Shown piece by piece: positions 27,201-36,298 of a DNA stretch of 64,000 nt. The stretch lies in contig CAVPOM010000006.1 of NCBI GenBank assembly GCA_963707025.1, positions 64,001-128,000 on the forward strand. The letters are read 5' to 3'. How positions within the stretch are numbered: position 1 is the first letter of the stretch; every line of letters starts with the position of its first letter. A model generated the notes under the pieces. It saw nothing but the letters and a program-made list of their open reading frames with translations. It was not told the origin of the DNA and ran no database searches. This stretch comes from an uncultured Verrucomicrobiae bacterium (GTDB lineage Bacteria > Verrucomicrobiota > Verrucomicrobiia > Limisphaerales > Palsa-1400). The translations under genes and the position numbers were made by a program.

Positions 27201-27329
27201 GACGGCTCGACCGACCTGGTGAATTGGACTCCGCTCTGCACCAACACGGTCTGCAGCAACCTATTTTATTTTTGCGATCCGGCCTGGACCAATTTTCCGT
27301 GGTGCTTTTTCCGGGCCAGGTTGCAGTGA
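24245..27329 (+). CDS. Secreted Ig-domain / NHL-repeat protein (two 6-bladed propellers), split by three frameshifts (~24878, ~25658, ~26657)
   Basis: Four consecutive ORFs continue one repeat pattern (ITTVAG..G..GDGGAATNA.L..P.GVA.D..GNLYIAD..N.RIRKVD); signal peptide; C-terminal GSTDLVNW...FFRARLQ. Confidence 0.85.
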
Positions 27330-27340
27330 GAAACGAACGC

Positions 27341-27407
27341 AGAATGGAGGAGGGGAAGGCGGGATTAAGATTAGGATTAAGATTAAGATTAGGATTGGGA
27401 TTGGGAT
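27341..27407. repeat. Composite repeat: purine leader plus (GATTAR)n hexamer array
   Basis: agaatggaggaggggaaggcgg-gattaa-gattag-gattaa-gattaa-gattag-gattgg-gattgg; related copies at 55143 and 58468. Confidence 0.85.
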
Positions 27408-27487
27408 GCGGAGGGGAAAGGATCGGCAATCCGCGCCTTGACGCGGGGGCCGGTGTCCGGTAGTTTGCATTATTTCTTGTGAACGTT

Positions 27488-28123
27488 ATGGATAATTTTC
27501 TGGTGCCGATGGTGGTCGAACAAACGGGCCGCGGGGAACGCGGCTATGACATTTATTCGCGGTTGCTGCGGGACCGGATTGTTTTTTTGGGCACGCCGGT
27601 GGATGACATGGTGGCCAACCTGATCATTGCCCAGTTGCTCTTCCTGCAGATGGACGATCCGAAGAAGGACATCCATCTTTACGTCAATTCGCCGGGGGGG
27701 AGCGTGACGGCGGGGCTGGCGGTGTATGACACGATGCAGTTTTTGACCTGCGACGTGAACACGTATTGCATCGGGCAAGCGGCGAGCATGGGGGCCATCC
27801 TGCTGTGCGGGGGCACGAAAGGCAAACGGTTCGCGCTGCCCAATTCCAACATCATGATCCACCAGGTGCTGGGCGGGGCGGAAGGGGCGGCCAGCGACGT
27901 GGAAATCCGGGTCAAGTACATGCTCAAGCTCAAGCACCGCCTCAATTCGATCATCGCCAAACACACCGGCAGGGCGTTTGAACAGGTGGAAAAGGACTGC
28001 GACCGGGATAATTTTATGACGGCGCCCGAGGCCAAGGAGTACGGGCTGGTGGATGAAGTGGTGCAGTCGCGCAAGGAAATTCCGGGTTTGACGGATGGAA
28101 AGACAAATGCCCTCATTCCGTAG
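27488..28123 (+). CDS. clpP: ATP-dependent Clp protease proteolytic subunit
   Basis: [38 protein letters not shown]. Alternative GTG start at 27479. Confidence 0.97.
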   Translation: MDNFLVPMVVEQTGRGERGYDIYSRLLRDRIVFLGTPVDDMVANLIIAQLLFLQMDDPKKDIHLYVNSPGGSVTAGLAVYDTMQFLTCDVNTYCIGQAASMGAILLCGGTKGKRFALPNSNIMIHQVLGGAEGAASDVEIRVKYMLKLKHRLNSIIAKHTGRAFEQVEKDCDRDNFMTAPEAKEYGLVDEVVQSRKEIPGLTDGKTNALIP

Positions 28124-28131
28124 ATTTCAGC

Positions 28132-28479
28132 ATGGCGCAACCTAATAACATCACGCTCTGTAGTTTCTGCGGCAAATCGTACGGGGAGGTCAAAAAGATG
28201 GTTGCCGGCCCCGGCGTCCGTATTTGCGACAATTGCATCAAACTTTGCCACAGCGCGCTCACGGGGCGCCCCGACAACCGCACGCTTTGCAGTTTCTGCG
28301 GGAGAACCCAGGCGGAAGTCAAGATGCTTATTCCCGGCCGCGGCGTTTATATTTGCGAAAAGTGCGTTGTGCTGTGCAAGAGTGTGCTGGACAAGGAGTT
28401 TGCGGCGGATGCCCGGAAGAAGGCGGCCCAGGAAATTCCGGGATTGACCGATGGAAAAACCAATGCCATCATGTCGTAG
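28132..28479 (+). CDS. Stand-alone protein with two tandem ClpX C4 zinc-binding domains and a ClpP-derived tail
   Basis: CSFC...ICDNC and CSFC...ICEKC; ends [16 protein letters not shown] versus Clp[17 protein letters not shown]. Confidence 0.85.
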   Translation: MAQPNNITLCSFCGKSYGEVKKMVAGPGVRICDNCIKLCHSALTGRPDNRTLCSFCGRTQAEVKMLIPGRGVYICEKCVVLCKSVLDKEFAADARKKAAQEIPGLTDGKTNAIMS

Positions 28480-28487
28480 ATTCCGAT

Positions 28488-29780
28488 ATGGCGCGACCCA
28501 ACAACATCACTCTTTGCAGCTTCTGCGGCAAATCGCACGCGGAGGTCAAGAAGCTGATTGCCGGCCCCGGCGTCTTTATTTGCGACAATTGCATCACGCT
28601 GTGCAAGAGTGTGCTGGACAAGGAGCTTTCGGCGGACAGCCGCAAAACGGCGACCAAATTCAGTCCGCCCAAACCGCACGAAATCAAAGCGCACCTGGAC
28701 CGGCATTGCGTGGGCCAGGACCACGCCAAGAAAACGCTGGCGGTGGCGGTGCATAATCATTTCAAGCGGATCATGCAGGATCCGCCTGTGGAGCCGGGAA
28801 AAGGGGGCGACGAACTGGGGGCGGCCCGGCACGCGGAAGTGGAGATAGAGAAAACGAACATTCTGCTGATCGGGCCGACCGGTTCGGGCAAAACGCTCCT
28901 GGCCCGCACCCTGGCCAAAATCCTGGACGTGCCTTTTGCCATCGCCGACGCGACCACCCTGACCGAAGCGGGCTACGTGGGCGAGGACGTGGAGAACATC
29001 ATTTTGCGCCTGCTCCAGAATGCGGACTACGATGTGAAACGGGCGCAGATGGGGATTGTCTATATTGATGAGATAGACAAGATCGCGCGCAAGACGGAAA
29101 ACGTGTCCATCACGCGCGACGTGTCGGGCGAAGGGGTGCAGCAGGCGCTGCTCAAGATCCTGGAAGGCACGGTCTGCAACGTGCCGCCGCAAGGCGGGCG
29201 CAAGCATCCGCAGCAGGAATACATCCGGGTGGACACCAGCGGGATCTTGTTCGTCTGCGGCGGGGCGTTCATCGGGCTGGAAAAGATCATTCAACGGCGG
29301 CTGGGCAACCGGGTGATGGGCTTTGGCGCGGTGGAACAGGGGCACAAAATCACCTCGGTGGACCGGGACAAGGTCCTGCAATTTGTGGAACCGGAGGATT
29401 TGATCGCGTTTGGTTTCATTCCCGAATTTGTGGGCCGCCTGCCCATGACGACGGTGCTGGAGGAGCTGACGGAAGGGCAACTGGTCAGCATCCTGACGGA
29501 AACGAAAAACGCCCTGGTGCGGCAGTACGCCAAACTGATGGCGATGGAGGGGATAGAACTGGAATTCACCGAGGACGCGGTGCGCGAACTGGCGGCGCAG
29601 GCGATGAGAAAAGGGACCGGGGCGCGAGCCTTGCGCAGCTTGCTGGAGAAGTTGATGCTGGATGTGATGTTCGAGTCCCCGTCGAGCGACGACATTGCGG
29701 GCATCAAGATCACCCGGCCGGTGGTGTTGGGGGAGACCAAGCCCTTGCTGCGGCGCAAGCCCAATCAGGCGGCCGCCTGA
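28488..29780 (+). CDS. clpX: ATP-dependent Clp protease ATP-binding subunit ClpX
   Basis: [41 protein letters not shown] loop. Confidence 0.97.
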   Translation: MARPNNITLCSFCGKSHAEVKKLIAGPGVFICDNCITLCKSVLDKELSADSRKTATKFSPPKPHEIKAHLDRHCVGQDHAKKTLAVAVHNHFKRIMQDPPVEPGKGGDELGAARHAEVEIEKTNILLIGPTGSGKTLLARTLAKILDVPFAIADATTLTEAGYVGEDVENIILRLLQNADYDVKRAQMGIVYIDEIDKIARKTENVSITRDVSGEGVQQALLKILEGTVCNVPPQGGRKHPQQEYIRVDTSGILFVCGGAFIGLEKIIQRRLGNRVMGFGAVEQGHKITSVDRDKVLQFVEPEDLIAFGFIPEFVGRLPMTTVLEELTEGQLVSILTETKNALVRQYAKLMAMEGIELEFTEDAVRELAAQAMRKGTGARALRSLLEKLMLDVMFESPSSDDIAGIKITRPVVLGETKPLLRRKPNQAAA

Positions 29781-29789
29781 GCACCTCCT

Positions 29790-29881
29790 GTCGCGGCGGT
29801 CTGTGACCGCCGCACTTCAAGAACGGCGGGGCATTTTTCCGAAGAATAATAATGCGACGGTCATAGACCGCCGCTACAGTG
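29790..29881. repeat. Inverted REP pair upstream of RAYT (GTAG-type, GTAGCGGCGGTCTRTGACCGYCGC)
   Basis: 29790-29813 (+, GTCG variant) and 29854-29877 (-). Confidence 0.85.
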
Positions 29882-29889
29882 GATGCGAC

Positions 29890-30369
29890 ATGACTGAGCG
29901 CCTGCACCGGCTGGAACGCGTCTATCTCCAAAGCCCGGCTTATTTTTTGACATGCTGCACCGCGGCCCGGCAACCGCTGCTTGCGTCTCAACAAATCCAC
30001 GACGCGTTTTTACAATTCTGCCGTGCAGCTTTGCCAAGAAACATTTTCGTGGCCCGCTACGTTCTGATGCCCGATCATCTTCACCTCTTCGTGAAATTCT
30101 CAGATCTCGCGCCCGATCTCTCTTCCTGGGTAAAGAGCCTGAAGAATTCATTATCCAAGACGCTCCGTGAGTCTGGCCACCCATCTCCGCACTGGCAGAA
30201 GGGCTTCTTCGATCATATCGTTCGCGACACTGAATCGTATTCCGAAAAATGGCTGTCCATGGCGGAAAATCCTGTTCGTGCCGGATTGGTCAAGGACAGG
30301 ACGGAATGGCCCTGGCAAGGGGAAGTATATCCATTACGACTTGATGAAAACCGTAGCGGCGGTCTGTGA
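29890..30369 (+). mobile_element. REP-associated tyrosine transposase (RAYT/TnpA-REP, Y1 HUH family); catalytic Tyr apparently replaced
   Basis: YFLTCCT, YVLMPDHLH, WQKGFFDHIVR, NPVRAGL...WPW; flanked by five REPs. Confidence 0.9.
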
Positions 30370-30508
30370 CCGCCGCAGATCGAGGTTTGGGGGCGGATTT
30401 AGCCGATGAAGCATAGTGCGACGGTCATAGACCGCCGCTACAAATTAAGGAATTGAGGCATTTTTCCGAAGAATAATAATGCGGCGGTCCTGGACCGCCG
30501 CTACAGTG
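30353..30508. repeat. Three REPs downstream of RAYT
   Basis: 30353-30376 (+, contains the RAYT stop), 30418-30441 (-), 30481-30504 (-). Confidence 0.85.
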
Positions 30509-30513
30509 ATGGG

Positions 30514-31689
30514 ATGGAATTCGAGCCGGAAAAGTTCATCTCGCGGGCGGTGGCGGCCATCCCGCGGTCGGGCATCCGCGATTTTTTTGACATCGTCCAG
30601 AGCATGAAGGATGTCATCTCGCTTGGGGTGGGGGAGCCGGATTTTGTCACGCCCTGGCACATTCGCGAGGCGGCGATTTACGCGCTGGAACGGGGCCGGA
30701 CCGGCTACACCTCCAACTTGGGCCTGCTGTCCTTGCGGGAAGCGATCGCGGCGAGCGTGAGCCAACATTTCAAGGCAGACTACGACCCGGCGCGGGAAAT
30801 CCTGGTCGCGGTGGGTGTGAGTGAGGCGATGGACCTGGCCTTCCGCGCCCTGCTCAATCCGGGCGAGGAGGTGATCTATCACGAACCCTGTTACGTCAGC
30901 TATGCGCCGGGCATCGCCCTGGCCGGCGGGGTGCCGGTGGCCGTCTCCTGCCGGCCGGAGCACGCCTTTTCCGTGACGGCGGCGGCCATCGAAAGAGCGG
31001 TCACGCCGAAAAGCAAGGTGCTGGTGTTGAATTTTCCGACCAACCCGACCGGCGGCACGATGGAGCGCGGGGAATTGGAAAAAATCGCGCGCTTGGTCCG
31101 GCGGCACAACCTGGCGGTCATCACCGACGAAATTTATTCCGAACTGACCTTTGAAGGCGAACACGTCAGCGTGGCGGCGCTGCCCGGCATGAAAGAGCGC
31201 ACGGTTTTCCTGCACGGTTTCTCCAAGGCCTACGCCATGACGGGCTTTCGCATCGGCTACGCCTGCGGCCCGGCGGCGCTGATTGACGCGATGATGCGCA
31301 TTCACCAGTATTCCATGCTGTGCGCCAGCATCATCAGCCAGGAAGCGGCCTTGGAAGCCATTCAACATGGCGAAGCCGACACGCTGGAAATGCGCGAGCA
31401 GTACCGCGCCCGTCGGAATTTTATCGTCAGCGCCTTCAACGGCATGGGGCTGCCCTGCCATCTGCCGCGGGGTTCCTTTTACGCTTTTCCGTGCATCCAA
31501 TCCACCGGGCTGAGTGCAAAGGACTTCGCGCGCCAATTGCTGGAGGCGGAGAAAGTGGCCTGCGTGCCCGGCAGCGCCTTCGGCCCGACGGGGGAAGGCT
31601 ATCTGCGCTGCTGTTTTGCCACCGCGCTGGATCGGATTGAAGTGGCGGTCGAACGGATGGCGCGGTTTGTCAAGCGAGTCCGTTCGTAG
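30514..31689 (+). CDS. PLP-dependent aminotransferase class I/II
   Basis: SLGVGEPDF, NFPTNPTG, TDEIY, GFSKAYAMTGFRIG. Confidence 0.93.
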   Translation: MEFEPEKFISRAVAAIPRSGIRDFFDIVQSMKDVISLGVGEPDFVTPWHIREAAIYALERGRTGYTSNLGLLSLREAIAASVSQHFKADYDPAREILVAVGVSEAMDLAFRALLNPGEEVIYHEPCYVSYAPGIALAGGVPVAVSCRPEHAFSVTAAAIERAVTPKSKVLVLNFPTNPTGGTMERGELEKIARLVRRHNLAVITDEIYSELTFEGEHVSVAALPGMKERTVFLHGFSKAYAMTGFRIGYACGPAALIDAMMRIHQYSMLCASIISQEAALEAIQHGEADTLEMREQYRARRNFIVSAFNGMGLPCHLPRGSFYAFPCIQSTGLSAKDFARQLLEAEKVACVPGSAFGPTGEGYLRCCFATALDRIEVAVERMARFVKRVRS

Positions 31690-31702
31690 TGCGGGCGGGT
31701 CG

Positions 31703-31811
31703 GGCCGGGCGGGACTGAGTCGAGCCGTGACTTTTGCCCAAGAAATCGAGTTTCGGCTCGACGGAGTCTCGCCCTACCGTCGTGCGGCGGGCAGAGACTG
31801 CCCGCCCTACC
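31703..31811. repeat. REPIN-like inverted REP doublet (GGTAGGGCGAGACTCCGTCGAGCCG type) plus a different single REP
   Basis: Arms at 31703-31727 and 31754-31778; cggcgggcagagactgcccgccctacc at 31785-31811. Lies between convergent genes. Confidence 0.75.
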
Positions 31812-31837
31812 ATCCATAACCAACGCTTTGCCCGGGA

Positions 31838-32944
31838 TCAAAGGGCTTCCGCCACCAAATCACCGACTTGCGAGGTGGTGTAACCCATCTTGCCGGCGGC
31901 CAGGCTTTTGACTTTCTCGCGGGTGACTTTGATCACCGCCGTCTCAATGGCCTGGGCCGCCTTGTGCTCGCCCAGGAAAGCGAGCATCATCTGCCCGGCG
32001 CAGATGGCGGCCAGGGGATTGATCACGCCCAGGCCGGTGTATTTGGGCGCGCTGCCGCCGATGGGCTCGAACATGCTGGCGCCTTGGGGATTGATGTTGC
32101 CGCCGGCGGCGATGCCCATGCCGCCCTGCAGCATGGCGCCCAGATCGGTGATAATGTCGCCAAACATATTGTCCGTGACAATGACATCAAACCACTCCGG
32201 ATTCTTGACAAACCACATGGTGGTGGCATCCACATGGGCGTACTCGCGTTTGATGGCGGGAAAATCCCTGGCGCCGACCTCGTGAAAGGCGCGCTCCCAG
32301 AGATCGAAGGCGTAGGTCAGGACGTTGGTTTTGCCGGAAAGGGTGAGTTGGGCTTTTTTGCCCGCCTTGAGGTCTTCCGGCTTGAGGCCGGGCCAGGGCT
32401 TGCCGGCGCGGCGCCGGCCGGCCAGTTCAAAGGCGTAACGAAGGCAGCGCTCCACCCCCCGGCGGGTGTTGACGCTTTCCTGAATGGCAATTTCATGGGG
32501 TGTGCCTTTGAAAACAAACCCGCCGGAGCCGGTGTAAAGCCCCTCGTTGTTTTCGCGGACCACGACAAAATCAATGTCTTGCGGCGTCTTGTCTTTGAGC
32601 GGGCAGAAGCGCTGGTCGTAAAGTTTGATCGGGCGCAAATTGATGTATTGTTCCAGCTCGAAGCGGAGGCGGAGCAGAATGCCCTTTTCCAGAATGCCCG
32701 GCTTGACGCCGGGATGGCCGATGGCGCCGAGGAGGATGGCGGGGAATTGGCGCAACTCATCCAGCACGCTGTCCGGCAGCGCTTCCTTGGTGCGCAAATA
32801 ACGTTCGCCGCCCAAGTCGTAGGAAGTGTAGTTGAGTTTGAGTTTGAACAACCGGCTGGCGGCGTCCAGAACCTTGACCGCCTCGCGCACCACCTCCGGT
32901 CCGGTGCCGTCGCCGCCGATGACCGCAATGTTATAGTTTTTCAT
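31838..32944 (-). CDS. leuB: 3-isopropylmalate dehydrogenase
   Basis: GDGTGPEV, NLRP, VRENNEG, KTNVL, DNMFGDIITD, FEPIGGSAP. Confidence 0.88.
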   Translation of the reverse strand: MKNYNIAVIGGDGTGPEVVREAVKVLDAASRLFKLKLNYTSYDLGGERYLRTKEALPDSVLDELRQFPAILLGAIGHPGVKPGILEKGILLRLRFELEQYINLRPIKLYDQRFCPLKDKTPQDIDFVVVRENNEGLYTGSGGFVFKGTPHEIAIQESVNTRRGVERCLRYAFELAGRRRAGKPWPGLKPEDLKAGKKAQLTLSGKTNVLTYAFDLWERAFHEVGARDFPAIKREYAHVDATTMWFVKNPEWFDVIVTDNMFGDIITDLGAMLQGGMGIAAGGNINPQGASMFEPIGGSAPKYTGLGVINPLAAICAGQMMLAFLGEHKAAQAIETAVIKVTREKVKSLAAGKMGYTTSQVGDLVAEAL

Positions 32945-33097
32945 GGCCTGATTCCGTGCTCACGGGTTGCTGAGTGGCGATGCTAAGGAATTGCCGCCCG
33001 CTGGCAATCCAAATCGCCGGCTCATGCGTCCGTCATTGCATGGCAGGGCGGGCAAATCATCTTTACAAGATGCCGGGTGGCTGCTAACTTGCAGGTG

Positions 33098-33373
33098 ATG
33101 AGCCAAACTGCCATTTCAGTGACCGAGGCCGCCAAGAATTTTCTGCGCGTGGTTGAAGAGGTCGAGCGCAAAGGCGAGCCGGCGGTGCTCACCCGGGAAG
33201 GCAGGCCGGTAGCCACCCTCAACCCCGTGCCGGGTGTCGCCCAAACCTGCGCCGAGCTGGCCGCGCGCTGGCGGGAGTTGGAAAGATTGCCGGTGGATGA
33301 AGCCAGCGACTTTGCCGACGACCTTGAACTTGGGCGCGCCACGCTGCCACCCGTCAAGCTGGCATGGGACTGA
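33098..33373 (+). CDS. Phd/YefM-family antitoxin
   Basis: ISVTEAAKNF...GEPAVLTREGRPVATL; overlaps the PIN toxin gene. Confidence 0.85.
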   Translation: MSQTAISVTEAAKNFLRVVEEVERKGEPAVLTREGRPVATLNPVPGVAQTCAELAARWRELERLPVDEASDFADDLELGRATLPPVKLAWD

Positions 33374-33783
33374 TCCTGGACACTTCGATCTTGATCGCCG
33401 AGGAACGCGGAAGGTTCGACTTGCCCGGCTTTCTCCTCCAATTTCCGGCGCCACAACCACTCATCACGGCCATTACCGCTTGTGAATTGCTTCACGGGGT
33501 CGAACGCGCGCAGGACCCTTCCCGCCGGGCGCGACGCCAGCAACACGTCGAGCAAATCCTGGCTTCCATCTTTGTGCAAAACTTCGATCTGGCCCAGGCC
33601 CGGTTCCATGCCCGCATCTGGGCGGACCTGGAGGTTCGGGGCTTGATGATCGGAGCGCACGACCTGCAAATCGCCGCCGCCGGCCTTGCCTTCGGGCACG
33701 AGGTCGCCACTCTCAATGCCGGGGAATTTCAACGCGTGGCCGGTCTCAGCGTGGTGGACGCCTCGCCGTTTCGCCGCCCCTGA
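33364..33783 (+). CDS. vapC: VapC/PIN-domain toxin
   Basis: LILDTSILI, ELLHG, GAHDLQIAA, TLNAGEF. Confidence 0.88.
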   Translation: MGLILDTSILIAEERGRFDLPGFLLQFPAPQPLITAITACELLHGVERAQDPSRRARRQQHVEQILASIFVQNFDLAQARFHARIWADLEVRGLMIGAHDLQIAAAGLAFGHEVATLNAGEFQRVAGLSVVDASPFRRP

Positions 33784-33879
33784 CTTACTCGCTTGGGTTC
33801 CAGGCGCATTCGTGGGCGCGGCGGGGTGGAGTTGGGTTTGACTTTGAACTATCGGGCGGCAACGGTGTCCAAATTCGAT

Positions 33880-34260
33880 ATGGCCCGCAAAACCAGCAAA
33901 ATGGGTGGATTTACGGTGACTGAAATATGCATCGCGGTTGTGCTCATCGTTCTGTTGGTTGCGGTCGCGATTCCGAGGTTTGTTCGCAAACCCCCTATGC
34001 ACCCGGCGCATATGGCTTGCATCCCCGATCTCCGAATCATCAACGCTGCCAAGGGACAATGGGCGTTAGAATTTCAGAAAAAGAACACGGACACTCCTGG
34101 CGACAGCGACCTCCAGTCATACATAGGCCGCGGCTCTGCGGGCGAATTAACCGTTTGCCCGGTTGATCCCAAGCAAACGTTTGACACCAGTTATTCAGTC
34201 AACAACGTCGGCACCAAGCCGACCTGCAAAATCATGCCGACCCTGCACATTTTGCCCTGA
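33880..34260 (+). CDS. Short pilin/pseudopilin-like protein
   Basis: GGFTVTEICIAVVLIVLLVAVAIPRF...CIPDLRIINAAKGQWALE...CP...Y.VN.VGTKPTC. Confidence 0.8.
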   Translation: MARKTSKMGGFTVTEICIAVVLIVLLVAVAIPRFVRKPPMHPAHMACIPDLRIINAAKGQWALEFQKKNTDTPGDSDLQSYIGRGSAGELTVCPVDPKQTFDTSYSVNNVGTKPTCKIMPTLHILP

Positions 34261-34286
34261 GCAACCAGTCGGCTTTGGACTGGCCG

Positions 34287-34363
34287 GGACCGGCAGAGAC
34301 TCCGTCGGGCCGCGGAATTTTCCCAAGTAATCGAGTTTCGGCTCGACGGAGTTTGGCCCTGCC
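34287..34363. repeat. Second copy of the REPIN-like element
   Basis: Shares the arms and the spacer cccaag(a/t)aatcgagttt with 31703-31778. Confidence 0.75.
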
Positions 34364-34458
34364 ACGCGTGACGCCTTTCCCAGGCACAATCCAAATCGCC
34401 GGCGGAATGAACTTGGAAAGGGGAATTTTCCCGGTAGAGTGCAAAGCCGAGCTTGAAC

Positions 34459-35538
34459 ATGGAACCCATTGCTTTCGTAGCCGCGTCGGCCGAGGAGGCC
34501 GTGGCGCAGATTCGCGCCAGATTGGGGCCGGAGGCGGTGGTGCTCAATGTGCGCCCGCTGCCCGCGCACGGCCTGGCCCGCCTCTGGCAAAAGCCCATGA
34601 TCGAGGTGCTGGCTCATCGTCCCGAAACGGCGCCCCCGCCCGCCGCCCCCCTTTCGCAGGCCCTGGCCGAATTCCGCCAGCGCCTGGACCAAATCGAACA
34701 GCACGTCAAATCGCCCGCCGGAAAGACGGAGGCCGGCCCGGCCGCGCTGCCGGAATTTGCCGCGCCCGTTGCGCCGTTGGACTCCGGCGGCTGGCGCATC
34801 GGCGGGGTGCTGCAACAAACCGGGCTGCTGCCGCTCCATGCCCAGCGCGTGCTTGACCAGGTGCGCTCGCAGCACGGAGAAAGACCGCCTCCATCGCTGG
34901 GAGAGGAAATCGGGCTGGCCCGCGCCTTGCTGGCGGCGGCCTGGCGGCCGTGCCCACCCTGCCCCGAGCACGGCCTGCATGTGGTGATCGGGCCGGCGGG
35001 CTCGGGCAAAACGACCTGCCTTTGCAAATGGCTCACCCAGGCGGCGCTGGTGGAAGGGCGCCTGGCCCGGGTGTGGCGTCTGGACGGAACGACGGCGAAC
35101 ATGGCGGAATCCCTGACCGTATATTGTGAAATTCTGCATGTGCCCAGCGAACGGGCCTGGGGCAGCGGTGTCAAACAAATTGCCGAGGACATTGGTTTCA
35201 TTGATTTGCCCGGGGTGGATTGGCGCGGGCCCGGGGCCATCCAGGAATTGGCCGGCCAGTTGCAGCAACTCGGCGCGCCCCGCCTGCATCTGGCCCTCAA
35301 CGGCGCCTACGATCTGGCTGTGATGGTGGCGCAAGTGCGGGCCTTCGGCGTCCTGCCGGTGGAGGATTTGATCATCACCCACCTGGACGAGGAAAGCCGC
35401 TGGGGAAAGATCTGGAACCTGGTCCTGGGCGCCAACTACCCCATCCGCTTTCTGAGCACCGGCCAGAACATTCCGGGCGATTTCTGCGCCGCCTCCGCCG
35501 AAGTCATCCTGGCCCGGCAGTTTCCCCAGGTACGTTGA
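34459..35538 (+). CDS. FlhF-like SRP-family GTPase
   Basis: N-terminal FVAASAEEAVAQIRARLGPEAVVLNVR; GPAGSGKTT, IDLPG, ITHLDE, GQNIPGD. Confidence 0.8.
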   Translation: MEPIAFVAASAEEAVAQIRARLGPEAVVLNVRPLPAHGLARLWQKPMIEVLAHRPETAPPPAAPLSQALAEFRQRLDQIEQHVKSPAGKTEAGPAALPEFAAPVAPLDSGGWRIGGVLQQTGLLPLHAQRVLDQVRSQHGERPPPSLGEEIGLARALLAAAWRPCPPCPEHGLHVVIGPAGSGKTTCLCKWLTQAALVEGRLARVWRLDGTTANMAESLTVYCEILHVPSERAWGSGVKQIAEDIGFIDLPGVDWRGPGAIQELAGQLQQLGAPRLHLALNGAYDLAVMVAQVRAFGVLPVEDLIITHLDEESRWGKIWNLVLGANYPIRFLSTGQNIPGDFCAASAEVILARQFPQVR

Positions 35539-35638
35539 GGAACTCGTCCTCCGCACATTACGCCAGTTTACAAACGAAGCGGGCAAGAAAAGAGGTCAAC
35601 CCTTTCGGATCACCCATTCGCAATTGCGAGAAGTTGAT

Positions 35639-35932
35639 TTAACTGAGCCGTTTCCGCCAGTAACCTGGCCGACGTTTCATGTGCATGACCGCGACGATCC
35701 ACACACGATCCGGCTGTTCCAGATAAACGACCGAATAAGGGAATTCTTGGGACAACGCGCGCCGCGCGGGCGGACTGAAACGAAAGAAGCGGCCGGGTTG
35801 GTCGCATACGGCATGAATGAGCCGTTCGATTTCGCGGTAAAACCGCGCGCCCAACTGCGGGTCAACTTCGCCGTAATAACGCACGGCTTCGTCAAATTCG
35901 GCATCCGCTTCGGGATGAATCGCGTGTCTCAC
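35639..35932 (-). CDS. RelE/ParE-family toxin
   Basis: HPEADAEFDEAVRYY...FPYSVVY...IVAVMHMKRRPGYW. Confidence 0.88.
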   Translation of the reverse strand: MRHAIHPEADAEFDEAVRYYGEVDPQLGARFYREIERLIHAVCDQPGRFFRFSPPARRALSQEFPYSVVYLEQPDRVWIVAVMHMKRRPGYWRKRLS

Positions 35933-36159
35933 AGGCCCGCGATTTTGCGGATGCGGTCCAGGGATTCTTCAACCGGGATGCCCTGAACCTTGCCGGTTTG
36001 AATCTCCTCGACGCGGCGGGAGATTTCCGTTTGCCAGGCCGCTTCGATTTCCGGGTCGGCCAGGCGCAGGTCTTCAGTCAAACGACCCACCAATTCCCCG
36101 ACCTTCTCCGGCGGCCAATGGCGGGTTTCTTCCACGATTTGTTCCAGCGTTATCGGCAT
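35929..36159 (-). CDS. Addiction-module antitoxin
   Basis: IEAAWQTEISRRVEEIQTGKVQGIP; GTGA overlap with the toxin; TTGAAT-N17-TATGCT upstream. Confidence 0.85.
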   Translation of the reverse strand: MPITLEQIVEETRHWPPEKVGELVGRLTEDLRLADPEIEAAWQTEISRRVEEIQTGKVQGIPVEESLDRIRKIAGL

Positions 36160-36210
36160 CGTGTGTTTAGCATAAGAGATCCCCGTGTTGGATTCAACCC
36201 CCTTTCTTTT

Positions 36211-36291
36211 AATACTATTAAATAGAATAAAATGAATGAAATATGTTGCAAATGATAGTGAATGATGTATAATGCAGTTAAATAGAACAAA
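36211..36291 (+). promoter_or_regulatory. AT-rich promoter (TTGCAA-N16-TATAAT) embedded in 10-bp phased AAT repeats
   Basis: -35 at 36246, -10 at 36268; 7 of 8 consecutive decamers start with AAT; ttaaatagaa(t/c)aaa occurs twice, 60 bp apart. Confidence 0.65.
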
Positions 36292-36298
36292 TTCACCT

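Noticed and set aside
28224..28487. 88-aa N-terminal extension of ClpX
   Set aside because: Out-of-frame read-through of the ZBD gene; ClpX homology starts at ATG 28488.
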